This document shows, one piece after another, positions 51,761 through 62,416 of a DNA stretch of 64,000 nt. Each line of letters starts with the position of its first letter. Position 1 is the first letter of the stretch. A program made the translations under genes and the position numbers. The stretch spans positions 29,486 to 93,485 of the forward strand of contig CAZGFQ010000001.1 of the NCBI GenBank assembly GCA_964525185.1, given 5' to 3'. The DNA comes from an uncultured bacterium (GTDB taxonomy: Bacteria; Fidelibacterota; Marinisomatia; Marinisomatales; UBA1611). A model generated the notes under the pieces. It ran no database searches. It was not told where the DNA came from and worked only from the letters and a program-made list of their open reading frames with translations.

Positions 51761-52494
51761 TAGACTGATACGAGTTTTATTAGCCAGCGAGGAAGAAACC
51801 TGAAAATAGGAACAATTATATTCCATTGCCATGGCAGGATATATTTTCGTTTTCCTTTATGAATAGCATTGGCGATTTTTCCAGCAGCCGTTTCAGAATC
51901 CATGAGAAATAACATTTTAAATGAATGTCCAGCAGTCATTTCTGTCGCAATCCAGCCAGGGAAAACAACTGTTGTAGAAATATTATGACGAGATAAACTA
52001 TAATCCCAACTATCTCCTATAACTCGAACAGCGGCCTTAGAACCAGAATATCCCCCATGCCCAATTAAACCACGTGTTCCTGCGATTGAGCTGATGATGC
52101 ATATTTGGCCAGATTTTTGTTCTTTCATGGATGGTATAAATGGAATAACGGTATTCGTTACTCCCAAAATATTGATTGATAAAATTTTATTAATAGTGGA
52201 TGCATCTCCAGATGATAATTTATCTGTACCCCCGACACCAGCATTTGCAATTACCGTATCGATAGTTCCAGTTTGTTCTAAAAAAGTATTAGCTGCTTTT
52301 TGTACATCATCTCGGTTAGCCACATCCAGAATGAAAGAGATGGGATTCCCACCTAATTCTTTCACTTTATCTTCAACTGCCTTAAGACGATCTTCTCGTC
52401 GCGCAACAAGCCCAACGGTGTCACCCTTTTGCGCATAATAGTATGCTAATGATTCACCAATTCCACTACTTGCACCTGTAATAAATATGTTCAT
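51760..52494 (-). CDS. Short-chain dehydrogenase/reductase (SDR)
   Basis: It carries TGASSGIG, NAG and YSGSK motifs. Confidence 0.9.
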   Translation of the reverse strand: MNIFITGASSGIGESLAYYYAQKGDTVGLVARREDRLKAVEDKVKELGGNPISFILDVANRDDVQKAANTFLEQTGTIDTVIANAGVGGTDKLSSGDASTINKILSINILGVTNTVIPFIPSMKEQKSGQICIISSIAGTRGLIGHGGYSGSKAAVRVIGDSWDYSLSRHNISTTVVFPGWIATEMTAGHSFKMLFLMDSETAAGKIANAIHKGKRKYILPWQWNIIVPIFRFLPRWLIKLVSV

Positions 52495-52595
52495 TATGAT
52501 TTTTCCGGAAAGTATTATATATAAATTTAAACCAAGGGTTCATTCATTCCGAGAATTGTAGTACCGTTATTTAATTAATGGCGAACATTTATATG

Positions 52596-52964
52596 TTATG
52601 GTTTACTGGGGTTTAAAACTTTGTATTCTTCATCAGTAAGAATTCTTGATACAGTCATAAACCTTAACCCTAAAGGGATTTCTAATGAAAAGCTTGACCC
52701 TCTGCCTTCTGATACATCAATAGTAATATGAGAGCCCTTGTAATATTCGAACTGATCTTCTGACATATAAAAATCACATCCATGTATATTCCCTATACAG
52801 AGGTCTCTAGACCCCACTATAAAATCACCTTTTTCAAAACACATTGGTGCCGAGCCGTCACAGCAACCACCACTTTGATGAAACATAAGATCACCATGCT
52901 TTTCTCTAAGCTGGTCAATTACATCCTTAGCTTTTTCTGTTACACTTACTCTTTCTAATGTCAT
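52596..52964 (-). CDS. DUF779-domain protein (commonly linked to aldehyde dehydrogenase genes)
   Basis: It carries the MFHQSGGCCDGSAPMC motif and is ~120 aa long. Confidence 0.75.
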   Translation of the reverse strand: MTLERVSVTEKAKDVIDQLREKHGDLMFHQSGGCCDGSAPMCFEKGDFIVGSRDLCIGNIHGCDFYMSEDQFEYYKGSHITIDVSEGRGSSFSLEIPLGLRFMTVSRILTDEEYKVLNPSKP

Positions 52965-52976
52965 AATTCTCTCTTA

Positions 52977-53004
52977 GAGCGGGCAGTAAAAAAACTGCCC
53001 GCTC
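52977..53004. other. 11-bp perfect intercistronic hairpin
   Basis: GAGCGGGCAGT (52977..52987) pairs with ACTGCCCGCTC (52994..53004). It lies between the aldehyde dehydrogenase stop and the DUF779 start. A T-tract follows only on the plus (non-coding) strand, so its role is unclear. Confidence 0.4.
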
Positions 53005-53016
53005 ACGGTTTTTTAT

Positions 53017-54510
53017 TTAAAAGAACCCTAATGGATTTTTATCATATGATGTTAACACATTTTTTGTATGACGATAATGATCGAGCATCATTTTATGTGT
53101 TTCTCTACCAATACCAGATTTTTTATATCCACCAAATGAAGCATGTGCTGGGTATGCATGGTAACAGTTACACCAAACACGACCTGCTTCTATTCCACGG
53201 GACATAGATTGCATTTGATGAATGTCTCGAGTCCAAACACCAGCGCCTAATCCATATAGCGTATCATTGGCAATTTCCAATGCTTCAGCTTCATTTTTAA
53301 AAGTAGTAACACTTAATACCGGACCAAAAATCTCTTCTTGGAATATGCGCATTTTGTTATTTCCTTTAAAAACAGTTGGTTTGATATAATACCCGTCTGG
53401 ATAAACTTCATTATTATAAGCTTCTCCACCAATGAGCACTTCAGCACCTTCTTGTTTTCCAATATCAATATAATTTAGGATTTTCTGATACTGGTCATTA
53501 GATGCTTGAGCTCCCATCATGGTTGATCCTTCTAGGGTATCACCCATCGTAATTGCTTCTATACGCTTTAGAGCTCGTTCCATGAAAGCATCATAGATGT
53601 TTTCTTGTATTAATGCTCTTGATGGACAAGTACATACTTCACCTTGGTTGAAAGCAAATAGGACGAGCCCTTCGATTGCTTTATCAAGGAAATTATCATC
53701 TTCTGCCATAACACTATCAAAGAAAATATTTGGTGATTTTCCACCTAACTCCAATGTGAATGGGATAATATTTTCAGAAGCATACTGCATGATAAGTCGA
53801 CCAGTTGTAGTTTCACCTGTGAAGGCAATTTTCTTTACATCTGGATGAGTTGCGAGTGGTTTACCTGCTTCGGGACCAAATCCGTTTACTACATTGATTA
53901 CTCCTGCAGGAAGTAAATCCGCAATAGCTTCAATTAATAGTAGAATAGAGACAGGTGTTTGTTCCGCAGGTTTTATTACAACACAATTTCCTGCTGCTAA
54001 TGCTGGGGCTAATTTCCAAGCAGCCATTAGAATTGGAAAATTCCAAGGAATAATTTGTCCAACCACACCAAGTGGTTCATGGATTTCCATTGAAACTGTA
54101 TTAGCGTCAAGATCGGATACTTCACCAGATTCAGAACGGATCACTCCTGCGAAATATCTAAAATGATCAATAGTTAATGGAATATCAGCGGCCATCGTTT
54201 CCCGAATAGCTTTCCCATTATCCCACGTTTCTGCAAGAGCAAGTGCCTCTAGGTTTTCTTCTATACGATCTGCTATTTTGTTTAGAAGAGTGGACCTCTC
54301 CGTGGCAGATGATTTATTCCATGCAGAGGCTGCTTTCCATGCAGCCTTAACAGCTAAATCAATATCGTTTTTATTTGATTTTGGTACTTTAGATATGAAG
54401 CTTCCATCTACAGGTGAATTATTTTCAAAATATTCACCGTCAACAGGCGCTACCCACTCACCACCAATATAATTGTCATATTGAGGTTTAAAATTGGGTC
54501 TATTAGACAT
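53017..54510 (-). CDS. NAD(P)-dependent aldehyde dehydrogenase
   Basis: It carries [15 protein letters not shown] and the catalytic-Cys context QGEVCTC. A GGAG lies upstream of the ATG. Confidence 0.9.
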   Translation of the reverse strand: MSNRPNFKPQYDNYIGGEWVAPVDGEYFENNSPVDGSFISKVPKSNKNDIDLAVKAAWKAASAWNKSSATERSTLLNKIADRIEENLEALALAETWDNGKAIRETMAADIPLTIDHFRYFAGVIRSESGEVSDLDANTVSMEIHEPLGVVGQIIPWNFPILMAAWKLAPALAAGNCVVIKPAEQTPVSILLLIEAIADLLPAGVINVVNGFGPEAGKPLATHPDVKKIAFTGETTTGRLIMQYASENIIPFTLELGGKSPNIFFDSVMAEDDNFLDKAIEGLVLFAFNQGEVCTCPSRALIQENIYDAFMERALKRIEAITMGDTLEGSTMMGAQASNDQYQKILNYIDIGKQEGAEVLIGGEAYNNEVYPDGYYIKPTVFKGNNKMRIFQEEIFGPVLSVTTFKNEAEALEIANDTLYGLGAGVWTRDIHQMQSMSRGIEAGRVWCNCYHAYPAHASFGGYKKSGIGRETHKMMLDHYRHTKNVLTSYDKNPLGFF

Positions 54511-54579
54511 AATCTATCTCCTTTTGTTTTATTGTTATTGATTCCCGCTATTAAGTAATTGTAAATCACAATCTCCAAA

Positions 54580-55692
54580 TTATAGTTTTATAAATATCTT
54601 TTTCCGATAAAGCCAAAAAAGGACAAGCCACCATCCAATAACATGGGTTAATGCAAAAAGGAGAGACCCATTGATATCTCCTGCAAAAGGTTGAAAAACC
54701 GTTTTATACAAATAGCCATACCCTGATGTTAATTGCCCATCTAAATTAAATTTAATTTTTAATATCGTTTTTGCCCAAAGGCCGGATCCAACAAAAATAA
54801 ATAATGAATTTGTTCCAAATACTTCAAATACCCAGAAAGGTTTTTTCCAAGATTTTGCATCAATTATAAATGTTAATCCTGCTAATACAAGAAAAGCTAA
54901 TCCACTTGTGAATAAAACATAAGTACTTGTCCAAAGAGCTTTATTGATTGGAAAAATAAAACCCCAAATCCAACCAATAGAAATCAAGGCCAATCCAAAT
55001 ACAGACATTCGTTTAGCACTTTCAGAATATTTTTTTGTTGTTTGCAACATACCACCTGCAAGATAGCCTAACAATACAGTACCAATAGAAGGGAGTGTAC
55101 TCAAAATACCTTCAGGATCAAAAGGGAGTCCTTTTCCATGCCATAAATGATTTTCACCTAAAAACCACATATCAAATGTGCGAATAACATTCGAATCGAC
55201 ACTGTATGGATCACCGGTGCCGCCAAACCATAATAATCCCCAGTAAAATAATAGTAACCCTGATAGAATTTGAATAATATGTTTAAAATTAAAATTGATT
55301 ACAAGGATTGAACTTATACCATAAGCGAGTGCAATTCGTTGCAAGACACCCATAATACGAAATGTAGACCAATCCCAATTTTGCCTAATAAAAGGAAAAG
55401 CATTTATAAGTAATCCTGCAATAAATATGGAAACAGTTCGCCAGAATACGTGGTAATAAAACTCTTTTGAATCATAATGATGCCAGCGAACAAATGCGAA
55501 ACGCATGGATGTACCCATTATGAATAAGAAAAATGGAAATACGAGATCTGTTAATGTACAGCCATGCCAATTTGCATGGAGAAGGGGAGAATAAACATTT
55601 GCCCAACTCCCGGGATTATTAACCAAAATCATCAGAGCAATGGTCATGCCACGAAACACATCAATCGAATAGATTCGCCTTGGTTTAGTCAT
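54580..55692 (-). CDS. Transmembrane acyltransferase, heparan-alpha-glucosaminide N-acetyltransferase-like (DUF1624/DUF5009)
   Basis: The N-terminus is RIYSIDVFRGMTIALMILVNNPGSW, and the protein has about 10 TM segments. Confidence 0.7.
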   Translation of the reverse strand: MTKPRRIYSIDVFRGMTIALMILVNNPGSWANVYSPLLHANWHGCTLTDLVFPFFLFIMGTSMRFAFVRWHHYDSKEFYYHVFWRTVSIFIAGLLINAFPFIRQNWDWSTFRIMGVLQRIALAYGISSILVINFNFKHIIQILSGLLLFYWGLLWFGGTGDPYSVDSNVIRTFDMWFLGENHLWHGKGLPFDPEGILSTLPSIGTVLLGYLAGGMLQTTKKYSESAKRMSVFGLALISIGWIWGFIFPINKALWTSTYVLFTSGLAFLVLAGLTFIIDAKSWKKPFWVFEVFGTNSLFIFVGSGLWAKTILKIKFNLDGQLTSGYGYLYKTVFQPFAGDINGSLLFALTHVIGWWLVLFWLYRKKIFIKL

Positions 55693-55705
55693 TCATAAAG
55701 CCTGA

Positions 55706-57538
55706 TTAATTCAATTTGGATAAACTTCGATTCCAAATAAGATAAAAGCCTATGCCTGCTGCTCCAAATAGTAAAACAGCATAACTGTAATTAAGAAAAA
55801 TTAAATTTCCAATGCCAAATGTAAGACCATAAATCATCATGACGCCTGCGATCCATTGGATAAGGAATCCATGTGTTAATGGTTGCATTGTATGTTCAAA
55901 TCCCGATGCTATTGGTTTCCACCAGCCACCGGGTTGGACACGCTTATAAAAAGCAGTTAAAGTTTCATTCGACTCAGGTTCTGTTAACAATGTAGCTGTA
56001 ACCCACGCTATTATCGCTAATGGAACTATAATCATTAGTTTATGATGGACCTGCAATGAAATACCAAACAGAATGGGTGATGAACCGAATAATTCATATG
56101 AATTTCCTGCTGCAATTGTTTGGCTCCAAGCTAACACTTCTAAAGAAATTGTAATAATAATGGATGTTGCCAACGCGGTGATTTCACTCCATGCATTAAT
56201 ACGCCACCAAAACCAACGAAGGATTAGAACAAGTCCAATACCCGCCCCCATGGAAAAGATAAATTCCCATGCTTTTGAAATGCTTTGCATTTTCATGGCT
56301 GTAAAAGCAGCTAATACCATTAACACGACTGTAAATATTTTACCAACAAGAACGTAATGCTTTTCTGACTCATTTGGTTTAAAAAAGCGTTTATAGATAT
56401 CATTAATCATATAGGATGAACCCCAATTGAGATGTGTATCAATGGTAGACATAAATGCGGCAAGAAAAGAGACGATAAGAATGCCTTTCATTCCAGGCCC
56501 AAGTAATGAATTCATCACCAAAGGGTATCCCGCTTTTACGCCCAACTCAGAGTAAGATTCAGGTATGATTGGAAATAGAACAATTGACACAACAGCTACA
56601 ATAATCCAAGGCCAGACACGTAATGCATAATGCGCTGTATTGAACCAAAGTGTGGCTAATAACGCATGGCGTTCATTTTTAGCTGATGACATTCGTTGGA
56701 TAATATACCCACCACCATCCGTACTATGATTACTCCACCACATGACTGTAATAAATATCATAAATTTAGAAAAAGGAGATTCCCAAAATGCACCTGTTGT
56801 TACGCCCGCATCAGGAGCAGGTGGAATAAATTTAAGTGTATTATTATGAACAGCATCTGAGCCTAATAAGGATGATAATTTTGCGAGTAATGGTTCCATG
56901 CCACCCACAGCACTCACAGCTATAATTGCTAATGCAATAGATCCAAACATGGCAATCAAGAACTGAACAAGATCAGTAACAACAACCCCCCAAAATCCAG
57001 ATAAAATTGCGTAAACCAGTGCAATTATAACGCAAATCCATACAGCAGTCCATTTATCCATATTCAGCATAACAGATATAATGGATGCCATTGCATTAAT
57101 GACCCAGCCCATGACGATAAAATTGTATAAAATGGCAAAATAGCTTGCTTTAAATGCACGTAAAAATGCTGCTGGTTTTCCACTATACCTTATTTCTAAT
57201 AATTCATTATCTGTTAAAACTTTTGCTCTACGCCACAATCTTGAAAAAAGAAAAATGCTTAAAATAGATCCAAGAACCATATTCCACCAAAACCAATTTT
57301 GCCATATTCCCGGTCCTCTTACAAATTCAGTAATGGCTAAAGGTGTATCAGCAGCAAATGTGGTTGCTACCATGGATGTTCCAACAATCCACCAAGGTAA
57401 AGACCTTCCCGAGAGAAAATATTCTTCTGTGCTAGAAGATGCTCGTTTTGAAAAATAGATTCCAACACCAAGCGAAAAGGCGATGTAAGAAATGATAATG
57501 GTCCAGTCAATCCAGTGTAAAGCAATAGCATCAGTCAT
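55706..57538 (-). CDS. Sodium:solute symporter (SSS) family transporter
   Basis: It is a ~13-14-TM protein with the SSS-like EEYFLSGRSLPWW N-terminal motif. Confidence 0.85.
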   Translation of the reverse strand: MTDAIALHWIDWTIIISYIAFSLGVGIYFSKRASSSTEEYFLSGRSLPWWIVGTSMVATTFAADTPLAITEFVRGPGIWQNWFWWNMVLGSILSIFLFSRLWRRAKVLTDNELLEIRYSGKPAAFLRAFKASYFAILYNFIVMGWVINAMASIISVMLNMDKWTAVWICVIIALVYAILSGFWGVVVTDLVQFLIAMFGSIALAIIAVSAVGGMEPLLAKLSSLLGSDAVHNNTLKFIPPAPDAGVTTGAFWESPFSKFMIFITVMWWSNHSTDGGGYIIQRMSSAKNERHALLATLWFNTAHYALRVWPWIIVAVVSIVLFPIIPESYSELGVKAGYPLVMNSLLGPGMKGILIVSFLAAFMSTIDTHLNWGSSYMINDIYKRFFKPNESEKHYVLVGKIFTVVLMVLAAFTAMKMQSISKAWEFIFSMGAGIGLVLILRWFWWRINAWSEITALATSIIITISLEVLAWSQTIAAGNSYELFGSSPILFGISLQVHHKLMIIVPLAIIAWVTATLLTEPESNETLTAFYKRVQPGGWWKPIASGFEHTMQPLTHGFLIQWIAGVMMIYGLTFGIGNLIFLNYSYAVLLFGAAGIGFYLIWNRSLSKLN

Positions 57539-58787
57539 AGATTTTTTCTAACTCCGTTGATTTAAAATAATGGTTTAATATTTCTTTAGTTGAATATTGG
57601 TTTAATGCCATTCCTAATGCTCCAATTTGGCAAAGTCCAGCTCCATGTCCCCAGCCGGCACCGTGGAACGTTATTTTGTCAATATTTGAATGGCTGTCTA
57701 AAGATATTTTCATAAAAAAAGCAGAACTAAACATAAAATTGGGATGAAGCACACGTCTAATTTCGTATTCAGAATCTAATATAATTATTGACTCAATTCC
57801 TTTTAATTGTCCTTTTATTTCTAGCTGTATAATTCGACCTGAAAGTCCACGCTTTAATGGTTTTATAGATTGTAATGAGTCAAATGGATTATTTGTTTTA
57901 TTTGAAATGAGTTTTATTAATTCGTCTCGGTTAAAGGCGGCATCCCATCGAAAATAGGATCCGGATTTATCTACATGGCCTAAATAGTGATGTAACTCAT
58001 TTTCTGGTACTGTTTTCGGGCTACAAAAGCAGTCTGAATCTTGCCAATACCAGTGTTGAAACTTTTCATCTGATTGTAAATCAGGTAGGGTTGGGTTTGG
58101 ACTGTCATGTATAGCTGTCAAGTAAGGTTTGGCAGATTCTTTCCAGACATAGTCGTTCCTTTCTGATACTCCTCCGCAGGATTTTGAATATCGCGTATCA
58201 CAAATGGCTTGGTTGTGCATTATAACTTTTCCACGTGTGGATAGAGATGCTTTTTTGGCTTTTTCAGTTAAATTTCCCATTCCCTGATATCGTTGACAAC
58301 AATCGTCATTGCAGGCATCAAGTCCTAAGTGCGCATGCTTTTGTTCGTCTGCGGCTAAGAGCCAAGATCGTGCCGCAATCGTTTGTGCTTCAAGCAATGC
58401 AGGTGGACATTCACCGCTCATTTCTGATGTGGCTACACACATTAGATATTGTTCCAATGGAAGTTGATTTATCACAAAAAGGCATCCATCTTTGATGGAA
58501 ATATCTACATCCCCCAATACTTGAATAGAAATATGTTTTTCCCAATGAAACCCACGTCCGGCTCTAACAGGATGAATTGTAAAGGTTGAATCAGTACTTG
58601 ATTGATTAAAATGAATTCTCGGTAATGGATTTCCGTCTAATAATAAAGTGTCTTTTTGAACTAATATTTGATGTTCAATTTTTGACTCACTGCTTTTAAT
58701 TGTAACACTTTTTTGTTGGTCTTCGGGTAAAACTAACCCGATGGATACATTGGGTTCTATTGTTGGGATTTGACCTTTTATTAGCAT
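57531..58787 (-). CDS. SpoIID/LytB-domain protein
   Basis: It carries YLMCVATSEM...ALLEAQTIAARSW and a C-terminal GHGAGLCQIGA. An 8-nt overlap links it to the downstream gene. Confidence 0.75.
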   Translation of the reverse strand: MLIKGQIPTIEPNVSIGLVLPEDQQKSVTIKSSESKIEHQILVQKDTLLLDGNPLPRIHFNQSSTDSTFTIHPVRAGRGFHWEKHISIQVLGDVDISIKDGCLFVINQLPLEQYLMCVATSEMSGECPPALLEAQTIAARSWLLAADEQKHAHLGLDACNDDCCQRYQGMGNLTEKAKKASLSTRGKVIMHNQAICDTRYSKSCGGVSERNDYVWKESAKPYLTAIHDSPNPTLPDLQSDEKFQHWYWQDSDCFCSPKTVPENELHHYLGHVDKSGSYFRWDAAFNRDELIKLISNKTNNPFDSLQSIKPLKRGLSGRIIQLEIKGQLKGIESIIILDSEYEIRRVLHPNFMFSSAFFMKISLDSHSNIDKITFHGAGWGHGAGLCQIGALGMALNQYSTKEILNHYFKSTELEKIYD

Positions 58788-58789
58788 TT

Positions 58790-59968
58790 TTAAGATGCGT
58801 TATATTGATGAAAAGCATCGACACCTGCACCTAAAGCAGGGGCATCACGTAGTTGAGAAAGTGTAAATAGATTTTCTAATCCAAATTTTAAATAATGATT
58901 TTTGGCTTTTTGATCAAGTGTTTGACTATTAGAAATAAATGTTTTGAGATGACCTAAAAAAGGGTCCCAAAGAAAAGTGGATGTTTTTGATTTGTCCATC
59001 AATGTGCCGAGGCGTTGGCCAATGATTAATTGATCAAATACGTTGCCTAAAAAAGGATGAGATTGCTCAAGTGGTGCTCTATTAGGATTTGCAAACTCAA
59101 AAGGGGATTGCCAGCCACAGAATAATGTTTCAATTCTTTCATAAAAGAGGTGTGCTAATGTTAAACTCACTAATTCTAAAGTTTCTTTAGCGTTGTTATT
59201 TCCATTTATTGCATATTCAAGAATTTGAGTTGGATAGATTGCATCTCTATTCAATTCTTCTACGGAAATTCCAGAGATTTGACCATAGATAAATTGAATT
59301 CCGCCAGCTGAGGCAAATCGTTCTAATGATAACCCATCTTGTGTTTTTATCTCCCAAGATTTGGCTAACCAAGTTTTTGTCTTATCCAAAGGAAGAAGTT
59401 CTCCATTACATTTTAATGCGTCTGCTGCACCTGTTCCTCCACCAAGATAATATCCAAACTGACACTTTGTAAAAGCTCCGCCCGAAGCATATTCTTCGCC
59501 TATTCCACAATAATCTGCATCACTCCCTAGTTGGGAAATAGAAGCAGCCAATGGAATATTCAATTGAGATAAATTTTCTTCTAATTGATCGCAAAAATGT
59601 GGGATTCTGGGCCCATTAGCCATAGCAACAATACCACGCATATCAGTGGTTTTAAGTCCAGGCATTCCTATGCCTAGGAGTACTGGCTCCCCAGAATGAA
59701 TATGATGAATTACATTGGCGAATGTTTGAATAATAGCATTACCTTGCTTTATTTCACTTTCAGTTAATTGAATATGATTCATATCCATTTCACTTAATTG
59801 TGTTTGGATGTCGACTGGAGAAAAACCAGAATTGAAAAAATTCTGATTTATATATTGATCTGCATAATGGGCTTGCCCCAATGAAAATGTGTTGCCATTA
59901 TGCTCGATATCCCAAGCACTTACTTTGGTCGCACCGCCATCGATTCCGATAATTTGAATAGAACTCAT
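58790..59968 (-). CDS. BadF/BadG/BcrA/BcrD-type ATPase (N-acetylglucosamine-kinase-like)
   Basis: It has IGIDGGATK as the phosphate-1 motif and an ASKHA-like layout. Confidence 0.7.
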   Translation of the reverse strand: MSSIQIIGIDGGATKVSAWDIEHNGNTFSLGQAHYADQYINQNFFNSGFSPVDIQTQLSEMDMNHIQLTESEIKQGNAIIQTFANVIHHIHSGEPVLLGIGMPGLKTTDMRGIVAMANGPRIPHFCDQLEENLSQLNIPLAASISQLGSDADYCGIGEEYASGGAFTKCQFGYYLGGGTGAADALKCNGELLPLDKTKTWLAKSWEIKTQDGLSLERFASAGGIQFIYGQISGISVEELNRDAIYPTQILEYAINGNNNAKETLELVSLTLAHLFYERIETLFCGWQSPFEFANPNRAPLEQSHPFLGNVFDQLIIGQRLGTLMDKSKTSTFLWDPFLGHLKTFISNSQTLDQKAKNHYLKFGLENLFTLSQLRDAPALGAGVDAFHQYNAS

Positions 59969-59971
59969 AGG

Positions 59972-61480
59972 CTATTGATTTAACTTTATTCGTCTTTGAA
60001 TTGCTTCTAGGCGCATGTGATCTTTTGCTTCATCATTTCGATCAATGACAATCTGATCTATGGCATGATCCGTTCCACCAGAGTGACGTATCACTTCATA
60101 AATGGGATCATAAATACGCCCAATACGATAATTTTCAGAAATTCGCATTACCATGTCATAATCTTCGCCATAATTCCGCGAATAGGGTGTTTCATTCATT
60201 TCAAAAAAACCAATATCTTTTATAACTTGAATAGGAATGGATCGTGGGGCACCGGCACCATTTATTCGTAATAAATTATTTCGCCCATTATCATCTGTCC
60301 ATTCATCGTGTGTTACGACTGGAATTTCTTCCATCCGACTCAATGAATCATCATCCTTTTCCCATACTTCATACGAACCAATAACCATTCCGATGGTAGA
60401 ATCTGATTCATACACATTCATTATCTTTTCCACAGCATCAGGCTTGAGTCGATCATCTGAATCAAGTTGAACGTAATATTGACCATTTGCATTTTGTGCT
60501 CCTAAATTTAGGCAATATCCAATATTATTTATATCTGTTACAAACAATCTTACTTCAGGTTTGGTTGAATCATACTTTGAACCATTTCCCATATATGCTT
60601 CCACAGCTGAAACGGTTGGATCTTCGGGCCCGCCATTTACGACAATGATTATTTCAATATTTTGGACAGTTTGAGCGAGAATACTTTCGATAGCTGTTCC
60701 AATAAAATCGGGTCGATCATTGACTGGAATAATAATGGATGCTGTGAGCTCTGTATCCGTTTTTGGAACTTGCTTATAATGTGCATCTGGTTTTAAATAG
60801 GCACCAATTCTATCTAAATGGTTTGAGAGAATAGATTCTGCTTCTTCTTGCTGCTCTTTTCCGGCTAACAAATAATCAAAAACATTTGTGCCGCCTGATT
60901 GTGCTTCTACTGAATAAAGACTCCCAGAATAACGATTCGCAATATGGGTTAATTGCGAATTTTCAGACAATTTTAATCTTAAATCATATAAATGATTGAA
61001 ATTAACAGACTCGTCCATTCCCCCAACGGATTCCAATTTATGTTTATTAAATAAAAACACTTTCCCATAATCTTGATTATCTCTGACTCTTCCCTGATGG
61101 TGTTTTAATAGTCGAATTTCAGAAATGGTTTCATTGTCGATTAAGTCGTAGTCACTATAAAACATCCCTGTATTGGGGAATCTTTCTTTACTAATGGAGA
61201 AGAGACTTATGATTGAAGATGATAAAACAATGGGGGCTGTTCGATTATCAATATAGAGAATCATGTCTGCATTGGATTGGGATACTGCATTATTAAATTG
61301 ATTCGGAAATCCATTATCGTCGGTGCCTATAGGAATATAACCATCAGGAAGGTCACCTTGTTTGTTTTCAGTAAAAATAAAAACCTGATTGGGCGATTCA
61401 GATTGATTAATTATAGAATCAAACATATTAGTGTGTTTGTCTCCATCTTTTGGCATATGTAAAAAAACGTCAGTTTTCAT
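59972..61480 (-). CDS. Family-2 glycosyltransferase with a degenerate N-terminal GT-A-like half
   Basis: The C-terminal half carries SIIIPVNDRPDFIGTAIESILAQT...QLDSDD. The N-terminal half shows only remnants of the fold. Confidence 0.75.
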   Translation of the reverse strand: MKTDVFLHMPKDGDKHTNMFDSIINQSESPNQVFIFTENKQGDLPDGYIPIGTDDNGFPNQFNNAVSQSNADMILYIDNRTAPIVLSSSIISLFSISKERFPNTGMFYSDYDLIDNETISEIRLLKHHQGRVRDNQDYGKVFLFNKHKLESVGGMDESVNFNHLYDLRLKLSENSQLTHIANRYSGSLYSVEAQSGGTNVFDYLLAGKEQQEEAESILSNHLDRIGAYLKPDAHYKQVPKTDTELTASIIIPVNDRPDFIGTAIESILAQTVQNIEIIIVVNGGPEDPTVSAVEAYMGNGSKYDSTKPEVRLFVTDINNIGYCLNLGAQNANGQYYVQLDSDDRLKPDAVEKIMNVYESDSTIGMVIGSYEVWEKDDDSLSRMEEIPVVTHDEWTDDNGRNNLLRINGAGAPRSIPIQVIKDIGFFEMNETPYSRNYGEDYDMVMRISENYRIGRIYDPIYEVIRHSGGTDHAIDQIVIDRNDEAKDHMRLEAIQRRIKLNQ

Positions 61481-61569
61481 AGGAATATATTTTTATATAA
61501 CTCTTATTATGATTCAAAATACAATTGTGTAAAATACAGATGGATTGTTAAACAATATTAGTCTTTTTC

Positions 61570-62361
61570 ATGAAAAAATTCATTCCAATCATTTTATACC
61601 TTTTTGCGACATTCAGCTACGGTGCATCGCAGGAAACTGTCCAAATATTCAGTTCGGCGATGGAAAAAGATATTCCCGTGTTGATTGTTTTACCGGATGA
61701 GTATGAAGGAAACCCTGGCGAAATGAATGCCGTATTTTTACTCCATGGTTATGGTGGCAACTACTTGAATTGGTCTAATCACACAAATCTAGAAGAAAGG
61801 GCAGATCGTTTTTCCATGATACTTATTTGTCCCGATGGAAGCCCAAATAGTTGGTATCTGGATAGTCCGGTGGATTCATCCAGCCAATATGAAACATTCA
61901 TGATTCAAACTTTAATCCCGAGTCTAAAAGAAAAATATCGTATAAATCAAATAGGTATTACCGGATTAAGTATGGGCGGACATGGATCACTCTATTTAGC
62001 CATTAGACATTCGGAAATATTTGATGCAGTCTCAAGTATGAGTGGAGGGGTAGATTTAACCTATTCTACAGTGAAGTGGGAAATTGCCTCCAAAATTGGA
62101 TTATTCGAATTATACCCTGAACGATGGAAAAATCATTCAATTATACATATGGTTGATTTAATTCAAGATGGATTTATGCCTATATTGATTGATTGCGGTT
62201 ATGAAGATTTCTTTATTGATATAAATAGAACATTACATCATCGATTAATCGAGCGAAAAATTCTACACACATACATTGAAAAACCAGGTGGCCATAGTTG
62301 GGAATATTGGGTGAATGCTTTAGACGAACATTTGTTGTTTTTTCAAAATCGTTTCGAGTAA
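61570..62361 (+). CDS. Secreted alpha/beta-hydrolase esterase (esterase-D/CE1-like)
   Basis: It has a signal peptide, LLHGYGGN, the GLSMGGHG nucleophile elbow and a C-terminal GGHSW. Confidence 0.8.
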   Translation: MKKFIPIILYLFATFSYGASQETVQIFSSAMEKDIPVLIVLPDEYEGNPGEMNAVFLLHGYGGNYLNWSNHTNLEERADRFSMILICPDGSPNSWYLDSPVDSSSQYETFMIQTLIPSLKEKYRINQIGITGLSMGGHGSLYLAIRHSEIFDAVSSMSGGVDLTYSTVKWEIASKIGLFELYPERWKNHSIIHMVDLIQDGFMPILIDCGYEDFFIDINRTLHHRLIERKILHTYIEKPGGHSWEYWVNALDEHLLFFQNRFE

Positions 62362-62416
62362 TATTTATGTTAAATCTTTAACTTTAATGCTTACAGAAAT
62401 GAGAAATATCACATCC

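Noticed and set aside
51761-51832. Longer version of the 51344 GNAT ORF overlapping the SDR gene by 73 nt
   Set aside because: The internal ATG at 51760 gives a TAATG junction with the SDR stop and a normal GNAT N-terminus (MNISVRFAEESD...).
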